64,000 nt of DNA from Nitrospirota bacterium (GTDB lineage: Bacteria > Nitrospirota > Thermodesulfovibrionia > Thermodesulfovibrionales > JdFR-86), in contig CAVRJY010000001.1 in NCBI GenBank assembly GCA_963721805.1, positions 960,001-1,024,000 of the forward strand, read 5' to 3'. Positions 39,726-49,944 of the stretch are shown here, piece after piece. The notes under the pieces were generated by a model. It made no database searches and was not told the origin of the DNA. It was given only the letters and a program-made list of their open reading frames with translations. The position numbers were made by a program, and so were the translations under genes. Each line of letters begins with the position of its first letter. The stretch's first letter is position 1.

Positions 39726-41567
39726 ATGGAGAGTCCAAGTCAATTGCCTGCTACGGCGCCACTGCCACTGTCGTGCATCAAACGGAGCTTTATCAATAAA
39801 TGCATTAGCGGGCCCCAATCGCTTGAAGCGTGGCTGAAAACAGCTCTGGCGCTGGCGGGGCTCGCATTGCTACTCATGCTCACCGTAAACAGCCTCCGGC
39901 TTGCCAACGACGAATGGGCCTATAGCAGTACCGACCAGAGGCAGCAGTCATTCGAGTATTATTTTGAGGGAGGGAAACGGCTTTTTGCCGGGGACTACAT
40001 ATCGGACTATTATCTGAATGCCTTTTTGCCTTCAGGATATTCGTGGCTCTATGATGCTGCCGGGCGCATAGGCGATCCATTTTTCTTCTCGAAGATTGTG
40101 TCGCTTGCGCTGATGCTGTCGTGTATTTACATCGGCTTTCTGATCGCGAAAGGGTATGCCGGGCCGACGTGGGGTATGGTCTCGGTTATCCTGGTTTTTT
40201 GCACTTCGCTGTTCTTCAACCGGATGCAAGGCGGGTTGCCGCACTCTTTCGCGTTTCCATTGGGGCTGTTCTTTTTTCTGGGTTTCGTCAGGCGCAGGCC
40301 GCTGTGGTGCGCGTGCTCGCTTGTAATGATGGCGCTGTTCTACCCGCCGTTGCTGGTGCCCTATACCATGGTCTTCTCGCTGTGGCTATTGTTCCCGAGG
40401 CTGCTCGCGGCGGACATAGGGCCGCTTCCGTGGCTAAGGCAAGGTGGGTCCGGCCTCAAAAGGTTCTATTGGCTAGCGGGCCTTTGCGTCTTGATAACCT
40501 TAACCCTGGCCCCTATCCTGTACCAATCGAGGCAGTACGGCGAAAGGATCTCTCTGAGCGACGTGGGGGGGTTCCCGGAGGCCGGCCCTGAGGGCAGGTA
40601 CGGCAGCGATAACAGGATAGACGGGAAGAACATACTCAAAGACCTTGCCCAGTCTCTCCCTTCCATATCGCACCAGATAATTGATGGGAAAGGGGTAGTA
40701 AACGTTCCGAAGCCCGCCAGGGTGGGCGCGATGCTGTTGCTTTTATGCGCGGGCCTGTATGGGCTGTATGACAAAAAGGCTCTCGCAAGGAGGGAAGTCC
40801 GGTATCTTATTGCTTTGTCTCTTGCATCGGTCACCGGGTATGCGGCGTCAGTCCTTGTCTATCCTTTTGCCTTTCTGCCGCAGAGGTCGATCACTTTTAC
40901 GATGCCGATAGTGGCGCAATTCGTGGTGCTGTTCGGGCTCGTGGAGTTATCCGGCAAATTCAAGCTCGCGGATAACGTCCAGCCGAATCCGCACTCAATT
41001 GCCGCCCTAATGGGGCGGGGTCTCAAGCCGTGGGTTAACAGATACTTCCCATACTTCATGGCTCTAGTGCTGCTGCTGCTCTTCGTGGGCAAGCCTCTCG
41101 ACGATATGAAAGAGAATTACCCCGGCCTTTATGGCTATATCAAGTACGACATGCCGAGGGACGCCATGTTTGCGGGCTGGCCGGGCGCTGCAATCGAGGG
41201 CGTCCCGTTATTTTGCAAAAAACGCATATTGGTCGGGACGAAGACGGACCAGGCGTTCCACAAGGGATACGTCCTTGAGATGCGAAAAAGGAAGAGGGCG
41301 CTGATAGACGCATATCTCTCGGACGACCCGTCGGCCCTCAGGCGGCTCAGGGACGAGTTCGGCGTCACGTATTTATTGGTCAACCGTTCTCAATTTGAGG
41401 GGGATCTGGTCGGGACGCCGAAGACTTTTGCTCCATTAAACGGCTATGCGGCGAGGCTTACCTCAAGCATAGCCCCGGATAAGCGCGCGGTCTGGGGGCT
41501 GTTGCCTTCACTTGAGGTAAAGCGCATCGACGGCTACAGCATATTGGATCTGAGAAGGCTCTCGTGA
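39726..41567 (+). CDS. Polytopic membrane protein, possibly GT-C-type glycosyltransferase/polysaccharide modifier
   Basis: Many TM helices, C-terminal soluble domain ending GVTYLLV; family assignment tentative. Confidence 0.6.
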   Translation: MESPSQLPATAPLPLSCIKRSFINKCISGPQSLEAWLKTALALAGLALLLMLTVNSLRLANDEWAYSSTDQRQQSFEYYFEGGKRLFAGDYISDYYLNAFLPSGYSWLYDAAGRIGDPFFFSKIVSLALMLSCIYIGFLIAKGYAGPTWGMVSVILVFCTSLFFNRMQGGLPHSFAFPLGLFFFLGFVRRRPLWCACSLVMMALFYPPLLVPYTMVFSLWLLFPRLLAADIGPLPWLRQGGSGLKRFYWLAGLCVLITLTLAPILYQSRQYGERISLSDVGGFPEAGPEGRYGSDNRIDGKNILKDLAQSLPSISHQIIDGKGVVNVPKPARVGAMLLLLCAGLYGLYDKKALARREVRYLIALSLASVTGYAASVLVYPFAFLPQRSITFTMPIVAQFVVLFGLVELSGKFKLADNVQPNPHSIAALMGRGLKPWVNRYFPYFMALVLLLLFVGKPLDDMKENYPGLYGYIKYDMPRDAMFAGWPGAAIEGVPLFCKKRILVGTKTDQAFHKGYVLEMRKRKRALIDAYLSDDPSALRRLRDEFGVTYLLVNRSQFEGDLVGTPKTFAPLNGYAARLTSSIAPDKRAVWGLLPSLEVKRIDGYSILDLRRLS

Positions 41568-41581
41568 TTCGGTATAAGCGC

Positions 41582-41609
41582 TAAAGTTATTACAGTATAT
41601 TGCCGATAT
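41582..41609 (+). promoter_or_regulatory. Sigma28 (FliA/SigD)-type promoter
   Basis: TAAA-N16-GCCGATAT, 50 bp upstream of ORF 41659. Confidence 0.65.
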
Positions 41610-41658
41610 GTATGGTTAGGAGCGGTCAGCTTCGGACAGGCATGCACAAGGAGGTGCG

Positions 41659-42021
41659 ATGACGATTTCATCGGGTGCAGTTCAAGGAAACACGGCTTCT
41701 TTTGCACAGGGTCAGGATAAGATACCCGACAACAACAGCAAGCCCGGCAAAGACTCAGCCGGGGACAGCAAAGCCGCCTCAAATTCCGGCACGGGCGCAA
41801 CAGACAAAGTGAGCATTTCGCTATCCGGACTGCAGAACTCAACCGGTTCCACGTCAACCCACGGCAGATATTACAACAAAAAAGACCTCAACAAAGACGG
41901 GATGATTTCAAAGCAGGAGGAGACCAAATACGATTTCAAGCACGGAATCGTGGAAAGTACCTCCAATAGCAACTCGGCGGTTACTGCCGCCAAGGCGCAG
42001 GACCAGACTTCGAAGCCTTAA
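41659..42021 (+). CDS. Small low-complexity protein with EF-hand-like loop
   Basis: AGGAGG RBS; DKVSIS motif; DLNKDGMISKQE 12-residue loop. Confidence 0.7.
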   Translation: MTISSGAVQGNTASFAQGQDKIPDNNSKPGKDSAGDSKAASNSGTGATDKVSISLSGLQNSTGSTSTHGRYYNKKDLNKDGMISKQEETKYDFKHGIVESTSNSNSAVTAAKAQDQTSKP

Positions 42022-42134
42022 GTGTCGAGCTTACAGGCCGGCATCAAAGCCAGTGCCTGAGATTTGGCGTAAATGCTGACTCTGTAGCTGACCGCTTCGG
42101 AGCTGGCTCAGACCATCGCAGCCAATAGACGATC

Positions 42135-42220
42135 AACGTATACGTTATTTGCGCTCCTGAGATTATCCCATTAAAAAAGTCTTTAGAATCGAGATGTTCT
42201 AAAGCGGCATCCATCTTGCA
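42135..42220 (+). promoter_or_regulatory. Sigma54 promoter with upstream palindrome AACGTATACGTT
   Basis: CGGCATCCATCTTGCA at 42205-42220; palindrome at 42135-42146. Confidence 0.75.
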
Positions 42221-42260
42221 ATCCATATCGCATGTTCCGGGAAATTGGAGGTATTGCGAT

Positions 42261-44162
42261 ATGGGCGGCATAGCCGGATATATCGAGCGGTATGCTCAGG
42301 CCGAGGGTTTCAAGGTGGCTCAGATGTGCGATGCCATGCGCCGAGGAGAGGACGAACTGGGGCTCTGGCGCTCCAGGAACGCCTGCCTTGGGATGTGCGG
42401 GGCAGGGGGCTTCGAGGGCCATCGGCCGATGTTCAGCGAAGACGGCATGGTCGCGGCCGTCCTGGACGGCGAGATACATAACCATATAAGTCTGCATTCC
42501 CGGCTAGGGTCCTCTGGCCATGGCTTCCGGTCCCGCTCCGACACCGAGGCGATAGTGCATCTTTATGAGGATTCGGGGGAAAAGTGCGTCGACGCCATAT
42601 CCGGCTTGTTCGGCCTCGCGGTTTGGGATGGGGGACGCAGGAAGCTTCTCATCGCCCGCGACCGCCTCGGCATAAAGCCGCTGTATTATTTCTTCGACGG
42701 CCAGAGGTTCATGTTCGCCACAGAGATCAAGGCCCTGCTGGTTGAGGGCTGCTCCCCTTCGTTGATAAACATGAAGGCCCTTTGGGACTACCTGAGCCTT
42801 AAATTTATACCCGAGCCGGAGACCATCTGGGAGGGCATACGCAAACTTCCGGCCGGCCACCGGCTGGTGCTGGACGCCGAGAAGTGGGCCCTGAGGGTCG
42901 AGCCATACTGGGACCTGCCCTACGAGGCGCAGGGGCAGGGCAGGCGGCCGGATGCCGAGTGCCTGGAGGAGTTCTCGGGGCTTTTTGAGGACTCTGTGGC
43001 ACTCCTAAGCGGGGCGAATACGGGCGTATTTCTAAGCGGAGGGATCGACTCTACCGCGGTGCTCTCGGCCGCAAGCAGGCTCAGCGGCCGCCCGGTCGAC
43101 TGCTTTTCGTTTGCGTTTCGAGACGGAGGAGAGTTTAACGAGCTCGGGTATGCGCGCGAGGCCGTGCGCCACTTCGGCGCGCGCGGCCACGAGATAGTCA
43201 TCGGGCATAAAGAGTTCCTGGACTGCCTCCCTGAGGTGCTCTCGCATGCCGAGCAGCCGCATGCCGTCCCGTCGAGCGTGCCGCTTTACTGCCTGTGCAA
43301 ATCCGCATCCGGGCAGCTCGGCACCGTGCTCACCGGAGACGGGGCTGACGAGATGCTGGGCGGCAGCAACGTGAAAGACTTCGTCAGGAGGCACAGGCGG
43401 GCCGAGGTGCTGGACCTGCTGCCGCAGCCTGTCAGGAGGCTCATGCCTCACCTGCTGGGCGAGCATGCCAGGCCTTCGGCTGCTGAGTATATGGAACAAA
43501 AGATATTCGTCCATCACCGGAGCTTCTCCGAGCTCGAGAAGGTGAGGCTGTTAGGGGAACACGGGCTGCGCGTTGCCGGATCGAGAGACCCCATGAGGGA
43601 GCATTATGAGCGAGTCAGCGAGCTGCTCCCGCTAAACCGGATGCTTTACGTGCTGAGCAAGGGCTGGCTCGCAGCGGACATCTATATGAAGGCCGACTGG
43701 GTTGCCAACGCTAACTCGATAGCGCTCAGACAGCCGTTTCTGGACCACCGCCTCGCCGAGTGGGCGGCCAGGGCGCCCATGCGCATGAAGATTGGCAGGG
43801 TAGGGGCCCGCGTCATGGGCAAGAGGGTCCTGCGCATGTACGCCAAGGGCAGGGTGCCCGAGATGATACTGAACAGGAAAAAAACGGATACCCCGGTGCC
43901 CGTGTACGGCTGGCTCTCGGACGAACTGCGGCCCTTCGCGCACGATATGCTCGCCCACGGCTGTTGCGCGTCCGACTTTTTCGACTACGGGGCGATAGCC
44001 TCATGCCTTCAGAGGGGTACGCTGCCGGAGGCGAGCATCAGCGACCGCCACAGGCTCTGGATAATGCTCGTCCTTGAGGTCTGGTTCAGGCAGCGTCAGG
44101 CCCAAGCGAAAGCCGCCTCCACCCCCGCCCCGAGCCGCGTGCTGGCGGCCGCGCACGCCTGA
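42261..44162 (+). CDS. Asparagine synthetase B-like protein lacking the N-terminal catalytic Cys
   Basis: GGAGG RBS then MGGIAG; SDTE, ARDRLGIKPLYY, LSGGIDS, TGDGADE, PFLD. Confidence 0.85.
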   Translation: MGGIAGYIERYAQAEGFKVAQMCDAMRRGEDELGLWRSRNACLGMCGAGGFEGHRPMFSEDGMVAAVLDGEIHNHISLHSRLGSSGHGFRSRSDTEAIVHLYEDSGEKCVDAISGLFGLAVWDGGRRKLLIARDRLGIKPLYYFFDGQRFMFATEIKALLVEGCSPSLINMKALWDYLSLKFIPEPETIWEGIRKLPAGHRLVLDAEKWALRVEPYWDLPYEAQGQGRRPDAECLEEFSGLFEDSVALLSGANTGVFLSGGIDSTAVLSAASRLSGRPVDCFSFAFRDGGEFNELGYAREAVRHFGARGHEIVIGHKEFLDCLPEVLSHAEQPHAVPSSVPLYCLCKSASGQLGTVLTGDGADEMLGGSNVKDFVRRHRRAEVLDLLPQPVRRLMPHLLGEHARPSAAEYMEQKIFVHHRSFSELEKVRLLGEHGLRVAGSRDPMREHYERVSELLPLNRMLYVLSKGWLAADIYMKADWVANANSIALRQPFLDHRLAEWAARAPMRMKIGRVGARVMGKRVLRMYAKGRVPEMILNRKKTDTPVPVYGWLSDELRPFAHDMLAHGCCASDFFDYGAIASCLQRGTLPEASISDRHRLWIMLVLEVWFRQRQAQAKAASTPAPSRVLAAAHA

Positions 44163-44289
44163 GGGCTCCGATTGCCGTATGGTATCATGGATATGATGGC
44201 TGCTTATAATTGTGCTCGGGTGCGCTGTTATGTCGGCGGGGTTGCCGTCGCCCATGCGTTATGCATATTCAGCCGCGGTTTGAGTTGCG

Positions 44290-45492
44290 ATGAGAGCCGC
44301 AAGACAGAAGATATCAAGACATACCGCGATGCTCATCGTCTATCTCGTGCTCTCGCTCGGAATCGGTACGCTCGTGACGGTTTCTGTCGATAATTATGAG
44401 GATGTCACCACCGCAAAAGAAATCCTCCGGGACGAGGGCCGAGGAACTCACGGATGCGGTACGCGCTTTTAAGAGTCTCCTCCCCTGGCGCCACAAGCGG
44501 GCAGGTCATGAGCTTCGTGACGATGTTCGTCTCCACGGGCATGAGCAGCGAACTGCTCGCCATAAACCCGGAGACCGACGCGACGCCTTACAGCAAGGAT
44601 TTCCGGCTCCTGGTTTCGGTCGTCGAGGGCGACAAGAGGATGGACGTATACATGAGCAACAAATACCTGAACAGCCAGCTCTCCAGTTATGACGTGCCCG
44701 ATCTGATGCTGGGGCTATTTGTGACCATAGCGATGTTCACGGTCATGGTCATATACGCCGAGAAGAAGAGGCAGGCGCTGGTAATGCAGCAGCGGTTCGA
44801 GGAGAAGCACGCCGAACTCACGAAGGCGCTCGAGGAGCACGAGGCGCTGGCCCTCCTGGGCCGCATGGCCGCCACGCTGGCCCATGAACTGAAGACGCCC
44901 ATATCGACGATCTCCACCCTGCTTCAGGTGTTCCCGTCGAGGAGCGCCGACGAAAACTTCCGCAACAGGTTCGTCACGCTCGCGAGCGAGGAGCTGAACC
45001 GCACGCAGCAGATCATCGACAACCTGCTGGTCTACGGCAAGGATATCGAGATCAAGGACGAGCAGTGGATGGAGTTCGGGCCGTTCATCGGGGAGATAGC
45101 GCAAAAATACGGATTGAAGATCGCGGCCTGCCCCCGGTTCTCTGCTCTACGGGAACGTGTTTTATCTCGGCCTATTGTTTGAAAACCTGATAAGAAACAG
45201 CCGGAACGCAGGAGCCGCGGACATAAGGGTCATCCTCGATAACCCCTCGGCCGGGGACGGCGTTTCCGCAGTAGTACGAATCGAGGATAACGGCGCCGGC
45301 TTCCCGGAGGGCGCGGATCTGGCCAAGCTCATGGACCCGTTCGTCACCGAGCGCCCAAACGGGGCCGGCCTCGGGCTGTACCTCGCACGGAAGATCGCGG
45401 CCGCGCACGGCGCCGCGATCACGCCGTACAGGCCGCAAGCGGGCGCCGGGTTCATGATAACGCTGCAGGGCAGGCGGGTCAGGGATGCGTAG
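44290..45492 (+). CDS. Sensor histidine kinase, three apparent frameshifts (~44430, ~44480, ~45150)
   Basis: Two TM segments, LAHELKTP H-box, ENLIRNS, EDNGAG, GAGLGL spread over successive frames; pseudogene or sequencing error. Confidence 0.75.
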
Positions 45493-46841
45493 CGATCAGC
45501 GCAAGCCCGAGGTCTTCATCGTCGACGATGAGCCGAACTTCAGCGAGTCGCTGCAGATCGCGCTCGAGGACCGCTTTTCCGTATACGTGGCAGGCACGCT
45601 TAAAGGCGCGCGCGGAGCTCCTGAGGGCCCGGGTCCCTGATGCGATCCTGCTGGACTTGCGGCTTCCGGACGGCAACGGCATCGAGTTTCTCCACGAGCT
45701 GAAAAATGACCTCACCCCCATGCCCGTCGTCATTCTGATGACCGCGTACGCGACCGTGGATAACGCGGTGAAGGCGCTTAAAGAGGGCGCGGTGGATTAT
45801 TTCACCAAGCCGATGGACATCGAAAAACTCAAGCGTGAACTTTCCATCTATATCGAAAACAGGCTTCTGCACGAGAAGGTCTCGGCGCTCGACCGCGAGA
45901 TAAACACGATCCGGCCGCCCTTCGTCACATCCGGGCACGGGGAGGATGAAGGATATCGTCGAGAAGGTCCCGATGGTCTCGCACCTCGACATCCCGGTGC
46001 TGATCAGCGGAGAGACCGGCACAGGCAAGGAGCGGCTCGCCAAGTGGATCCATACGCTCTCCGGCGCACAGGGCGATATGGTCGTCATCAACTGCGCCGC
46101 GCTGCCGAAGGACATCCTTGAAAGCGAACTTTTCGGCTACGCGAAGGGCGCATTTTCGGGTGCGGCCGGTTACAAGGAAGGCATGATCGAGAGGGCCGAC
46201 GGCGGGACGCTGTTTCTGGATGAGATCGGGGAGCTGCCGGAGGATATCCAGGCGAAGTTTCTGAGGGTCCTCGAAGACGGCGTGTATTACAAGCTCGGCG
46301 ACCCGACAGAGCACAGGGTCAAGTTCAGGCTCATTACCGCGACGAACCGGGAACTCCTGGGGCCTGCGGGCAGCTTCCGCATGGACCTGTACTACCGGAT
46401 CAACGGCATCTCGTTCGAGCTCCCGCCCCTGCGGCAGCGCAGGGAGGATATCCCGCTGCTGGTGGCGGCCTTTATCAACGAGGCCAACTTCGCGTTCAGC
46501 AAGGACGTCAAAGGCGTATCGCCACAGGCGATGCAGTGCCTTATCGCGGCCCCATGGCCCGGCAATATCAGGGAGCTGAAATGGTGCATCAGCAGGGCGG
46601 TCGCAACCGCCTCGGAAACACGCTCGAGAGGGATGCGTTCCCGGCCGATTACAATGTCTGTGCCGGGGCCGTGCCGGCCGTCGAGGCCGACGTGCCGATG
46701 GAAGATGCGATCTCGCGCCTCGAGATGAAATACATCCAGAACGCCCTCGCGGCGGCCAAGGGGAGCAAGACCGAGGCGGCCCTGACGCTGGGGATCTCCG
46801 TAAGGGCGCTTCATTACAAACTAAAGAAATATAACATGTGA
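45485..46841 (+). CDS. NtrC-family sigma54-dependent response regulator, three apparent frameshifts (~45600, ~45940, ~46615)
   Basis: IVDDE, LLDLRLPDG, GETGTGKE, ESELFG..KGAFSGA, FLDEIGE, WPGNIREL, C-terminal HTH. Confidence 0.8.
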
Positions 46842-46885
46842 ACGGATCAGCTCAACGCGTCTGAAGGCCGCCGGATGAGGGCAAT

Positions 46886-46914
46886 AAAAAAGGGTGTCTT
46901 TCGACACCCCTTTT
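46886..46914. terminator. Bidirectional intrinsic terminator
   Basis: AAAAAAGGGTGTC-TTTC-GACACCCCTTTT between the convergent regulator and tmRNA. Confidence 0.8.
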
Positions 46915-46947
46915 ACTTGAACAGGCCAAGAGCCACCGGATGAAAAA

Positions 46948-47295
46948 TGGTGGAGGCGAGGGGAATTGAACCCCTGTCCGAGAGCACTAAACCGAGGCAT
47001 ACTACATGCTTAGTCCGCCTATTTGAGTTTCGGACTCCGGTGTGCCGGTTGACGGGCCCTCCAGAGTCCTATCCCCTTGATCTTGGTCAGCGGCAAAGGG
47101 CGTGCCGCCGAAGCATTCCGCCTTGTGACGTCAGCGGGTCAGGTGCGGAAGGCCCGGCCCGTGACGCGCAACCTAATTAGGCTGCGAGTGCCAGTTCGTC
47201 GTTGGCAGTTGTGAATTTTCCACAGTATTTACGTGGTCATGGATCCACGGCATGCAGCCTGGGCTTCGCAACCCCCGTCGAAGCCGGTCGCCCCC
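46948..47295 (-). ncRNA. ssrA: tmRNA; tag (A)ANDELALAA encoded at 47206-47177
   Basis: 5' GGGGGCGACCGGCTTCGAC, 3' TTCAATTCCCCTCGCCTCCACCA, tag ORF; directly downstream of smpB. Confidence 0.95.
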
Positions 47296-47304
47296 GGCGT
47301 TCTA

Positions 47305-47754
47305 CTAGCGGTTCTTGGCCTTCATCGCCCGGTCGATCTCCCGCCGGGCTTCTTTTTCTTTTATGACCTCTCGTTTTTCAAAGAGCTTTTTGCCCCGCGC
47401 AAGCCCGACTTGCACCTTCGCGTGCGGGCCTTTGAAGTATATGCTCAGGGCCACCAGCGTGTAGCCCTTCACAGCGGCCTTGGCCTGCAACTTTGCGATC
47501 TCGGCCGCGTGCAGCAGGAGCTTGCGCGTGCGGAGCGGTTCGGGGTTCTGGATGTTGCCATGGGCGTAAGGGCTTATGTGGGCGCCCACGAGGAACGCCT
47601 CGCCGTTCTTGATCGCCACGTGGCTTTCCTTCAGGTTCCCCTGACCGGCCCGCAGGGACTTAACCTCAGTTCCTAAAAGAGCTATGCCAGCCTCCAGCGT
47701 TTCCTCGATAATATAGTCGTGAAACGCCTTTTTGTTCTGGCAGACTGCCTTCAT
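47305..47754 (-). CDS. smpB: SsrA-binding protein
   Basis: NKKAFHDY, EAGIAL.GTEVKSLR, RKLLLH, RGKK. Confidence 0.97.
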   Translation of the reverse strand: MKAVCQNKKAFHDYIIEETLEAGIALLGTEVKSLRAGQGNLKESHVAIKNGEAFLVGAHISPYAHGNIQNPEPLRTRKLLLHAAEIAKLQAKAAVKGYTLVALSIYFKGPHAKVQVGLARGKKLFEKREVIKEKEARREIDRAMKAKNR

Positions 47755-47802
47755 CTATTATTTTATCACAAAGCGCGCCCGGCATGAGCGAAGCCGCCGC
47801 GC

Positions 47803-47817
47803 TGGCATACTAGTTGC
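47803..47817 (+). promoter_or_regulatory. Sigma54 promoter
   Basis: TGGCATACTAGTTGC (GG-N10-GC). Confidence 0.65.
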
Positions 47818-47848
47818 TTCATAGATAGCAGATGCAAGGAGGTGCACC

Positions 47849-47977
47849 ATGACGGCACATGAGGCGGCCGAGATCGTAAGGGAGTCGGAGCTGTTTGACC
47901 TTCTGACGAAAACCGAGCAAATTGAAGCGGTTACGTACGCCATAGACACCCTCTGCCGGGATAACAGCAAAAACTGA
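47849..47977 (+). CDS. Small 42-aa hypothetical protein
   Basis: AGGAGG RBS; MTAHEAAEIVRESELFDLLTKTEQIEAVTYAIDTLCRDNSKN. Confidence 0.6.
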   Translation: MTAHEAAEIVRESELFDLLTKTEQIEAVTYAIDTLCRDNSKN

Positions 47978-48069
47978 GACCCGCGCCCCCGCCTGACATA
48001 TTGCGTCAATTCAAGCACCCCCTGTATCAAATGCGGCACAGCCCTCTCTGTTATACTATCTGACGGATC

Positions 48070-49684
48070 ATGCTTAAAAATACCCTCATAGCGCTTTTGA
48101 TGGTGCTGCTTTGCGCGCGGGCCGCGCTCGCACAGGACCCTTACGCCAGCCGGGAGTGGATCAAGGCCCTGATCTCTGCCAACGAGCCGGTGGCGGACGA
48201 GTACATCCGCTCGCGCCAGACGCTGACGAAGTTCTACGTGACAACCGATAACGAGCCGGTCTGGGTCGGGCCGCAGGGGCCGCTTCCGAGGCTCAAGGAG
48301 CTGGTCACGGAGCTTAACTCTGCGTACAGCGAGGGGCTCAGGCCGGACAATTACCACGCCTCGGTGATCTGGAGCGCTCTTAAGGCGATAGAGGCCCAGC
48401 CCACGCCAACCCCCAAGGCGCTGGCCGAGATCGAGGTGCTGGCGACGGACGCGTTTCTGACCTATGGCGCGGACCTCAAGGGCGGACGTGTCGACCCCGG
48501 CGTGATATACGAGGGCAAGTACGGGATGCGCCGCCGCGCGGACGCGACCGAGGCGTTAAGGCAGGTCGCGGCGGGCGGCGATGTCAAGCAAATACTGATC
48601 TCGCTGGAGCCGAACCAGAGCGGTTACGACCTGCTCAAGAAGGGGCTTGCGAAGTATCGCAAGATCGCCCTGAATGGCGGATGGCCGTCTATACCCGAAG
48701 GCCCGGCGCTCAGGCCCGGCATGACTGACAGGCGCGTCGCCGCGATGCAGCGTAGGCTCGTCGTGACCGGGGAGCTCGCCGAGGTGAGCCCCAAGCCTGA
48801 TTTCTACGGCCCGGAGCTGCAGGCCGCGGTGAAGGCATTCCAGCTCAGCCACGGGCTCGAGGACGACGGCGTGGCTGGCCCGGCCACGGTCAAGGAAATG
48901 AACGTCACCGCGCGCGCCCGCATCCGGCAGCTCGAATTGAACATGGAGCGCTGGCGGTGGTTCCCTCCGATCCCCGGCGGAAGGTTCATACTGGTCAATG
49001 TCTCGGACTTCCAGATGTCCGTGTTCGAGGATTTCAAGCCGGTGCTCACGATGCGCGTCGTGGTAGGGATGCCGCTTTGGGATACGCCCTCGCTGACCTC
49101 GAAGGTCACGCGCATAGTGCTGAACCCGTCGTGGTACGTGCCGAAGAACATCGTGCTCGAAGAGGTCGTCCCCGGCATGATAAAAAACCCGAATTACCTC
49201 AAGAAGAATAACCTGCTCGTCGTGACAGGGAAGGCCGATACGCAGATCGACCCGAAGACTATAAGCTGGAAGTCCGTCAGCGAGAGCAACCTGAACTTTC
49301 GCGTGATGCAGCCGCCGGGGCCGAAGAACCCTTTGGGCCAGATCAAGTTCCTGTTCGCCAATACGTACGAGGTCTATATGCACGATACGCCCTCGGGGAA
49401 GCTTTTCGACCGAAACGTGCGCACGTTCAGCCACGGCTGCATCAGGATAGAAAAGCCGATGGAGCTGCGGAGATATCTGCTCAAGGACTCGCCCGAGTGG
49501 ACCGAGGAGCGGATACAGAAGGTTATCGACGGCGGGATCGAGACGGGGATAAACCTCAAGAACCCGATCGAGGTGCATCTGTTCTACCTCACCGCGTGGG
49601 TCAGCCGAAGACGGGACGGTACAATTCAGGCGAGACTTCTATGAGAGGGATGAGCCGTTGGATGAAGCCTTGGCGGGTAGGTAA
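48070..49684 (+). CDS. L,D-transpeptidase (YcbB/LdtD-like); apparent +1 frameshift near 49606
   Basis: Signal peptide, PG-binding FQ..HGL..DG, NP.W.VP, NPLG..KF, YMHDTP, SHGCIR; tail DGTVQFRRDFYERD in the +1 frame. Confidence 0.9.
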
Positions 49685-49699
49685 TCGGTAATGAGTGAC

Positions 49700-49821
49700 A
49701 AAGCGCACTAAATACGCGTGATACGTTGTCACGGCTCGCAGCCTCGTCCTCAATGTACGTCACAGTACACCTCCGGGCGGTCTGCTCGCCGCTCCTAGTC
49801 TGACGCGATTTATCGCGCTTT
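49700..49821 (+). repeat. ~122-bp palindromic element, copy C (left end of island 2)
   Basis: AAAGCGCACTAAAT...GTACGTCACAGTACAC...CCTAGTCTGACGCGATTTATCGCGCTTT. Confidence 0.88.
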
Positions 49822-49944
49822 AAGTTTCCGATGCGGGATCATGCGAGCGGTCAAAGGCATGATTGTAGTGCCCCGCCGCTGCCTCCGCGCCTCGTGGAAA
49901 AGGATTATATGGGTGCTATGCATCTGCGTAAGACTATTGCGTTT

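Noticed and set aside
41659..44162. Lasso peptide cluster
   Set aside because: No B1/B2 (RRE/peptidase) genes, and the upstream ORF does not resemble a lasso precursor.
39574..46947. tmRNA-integrated genomic island
   Set aside because: No duplicated ssrA 3' end and no integrase found; GC is close to host.
47770..47779. Fifth copy of the 122-bp element (AAAGCGCGCC)
   Set aside because: Only 10 bp match, with no core or second terminus.
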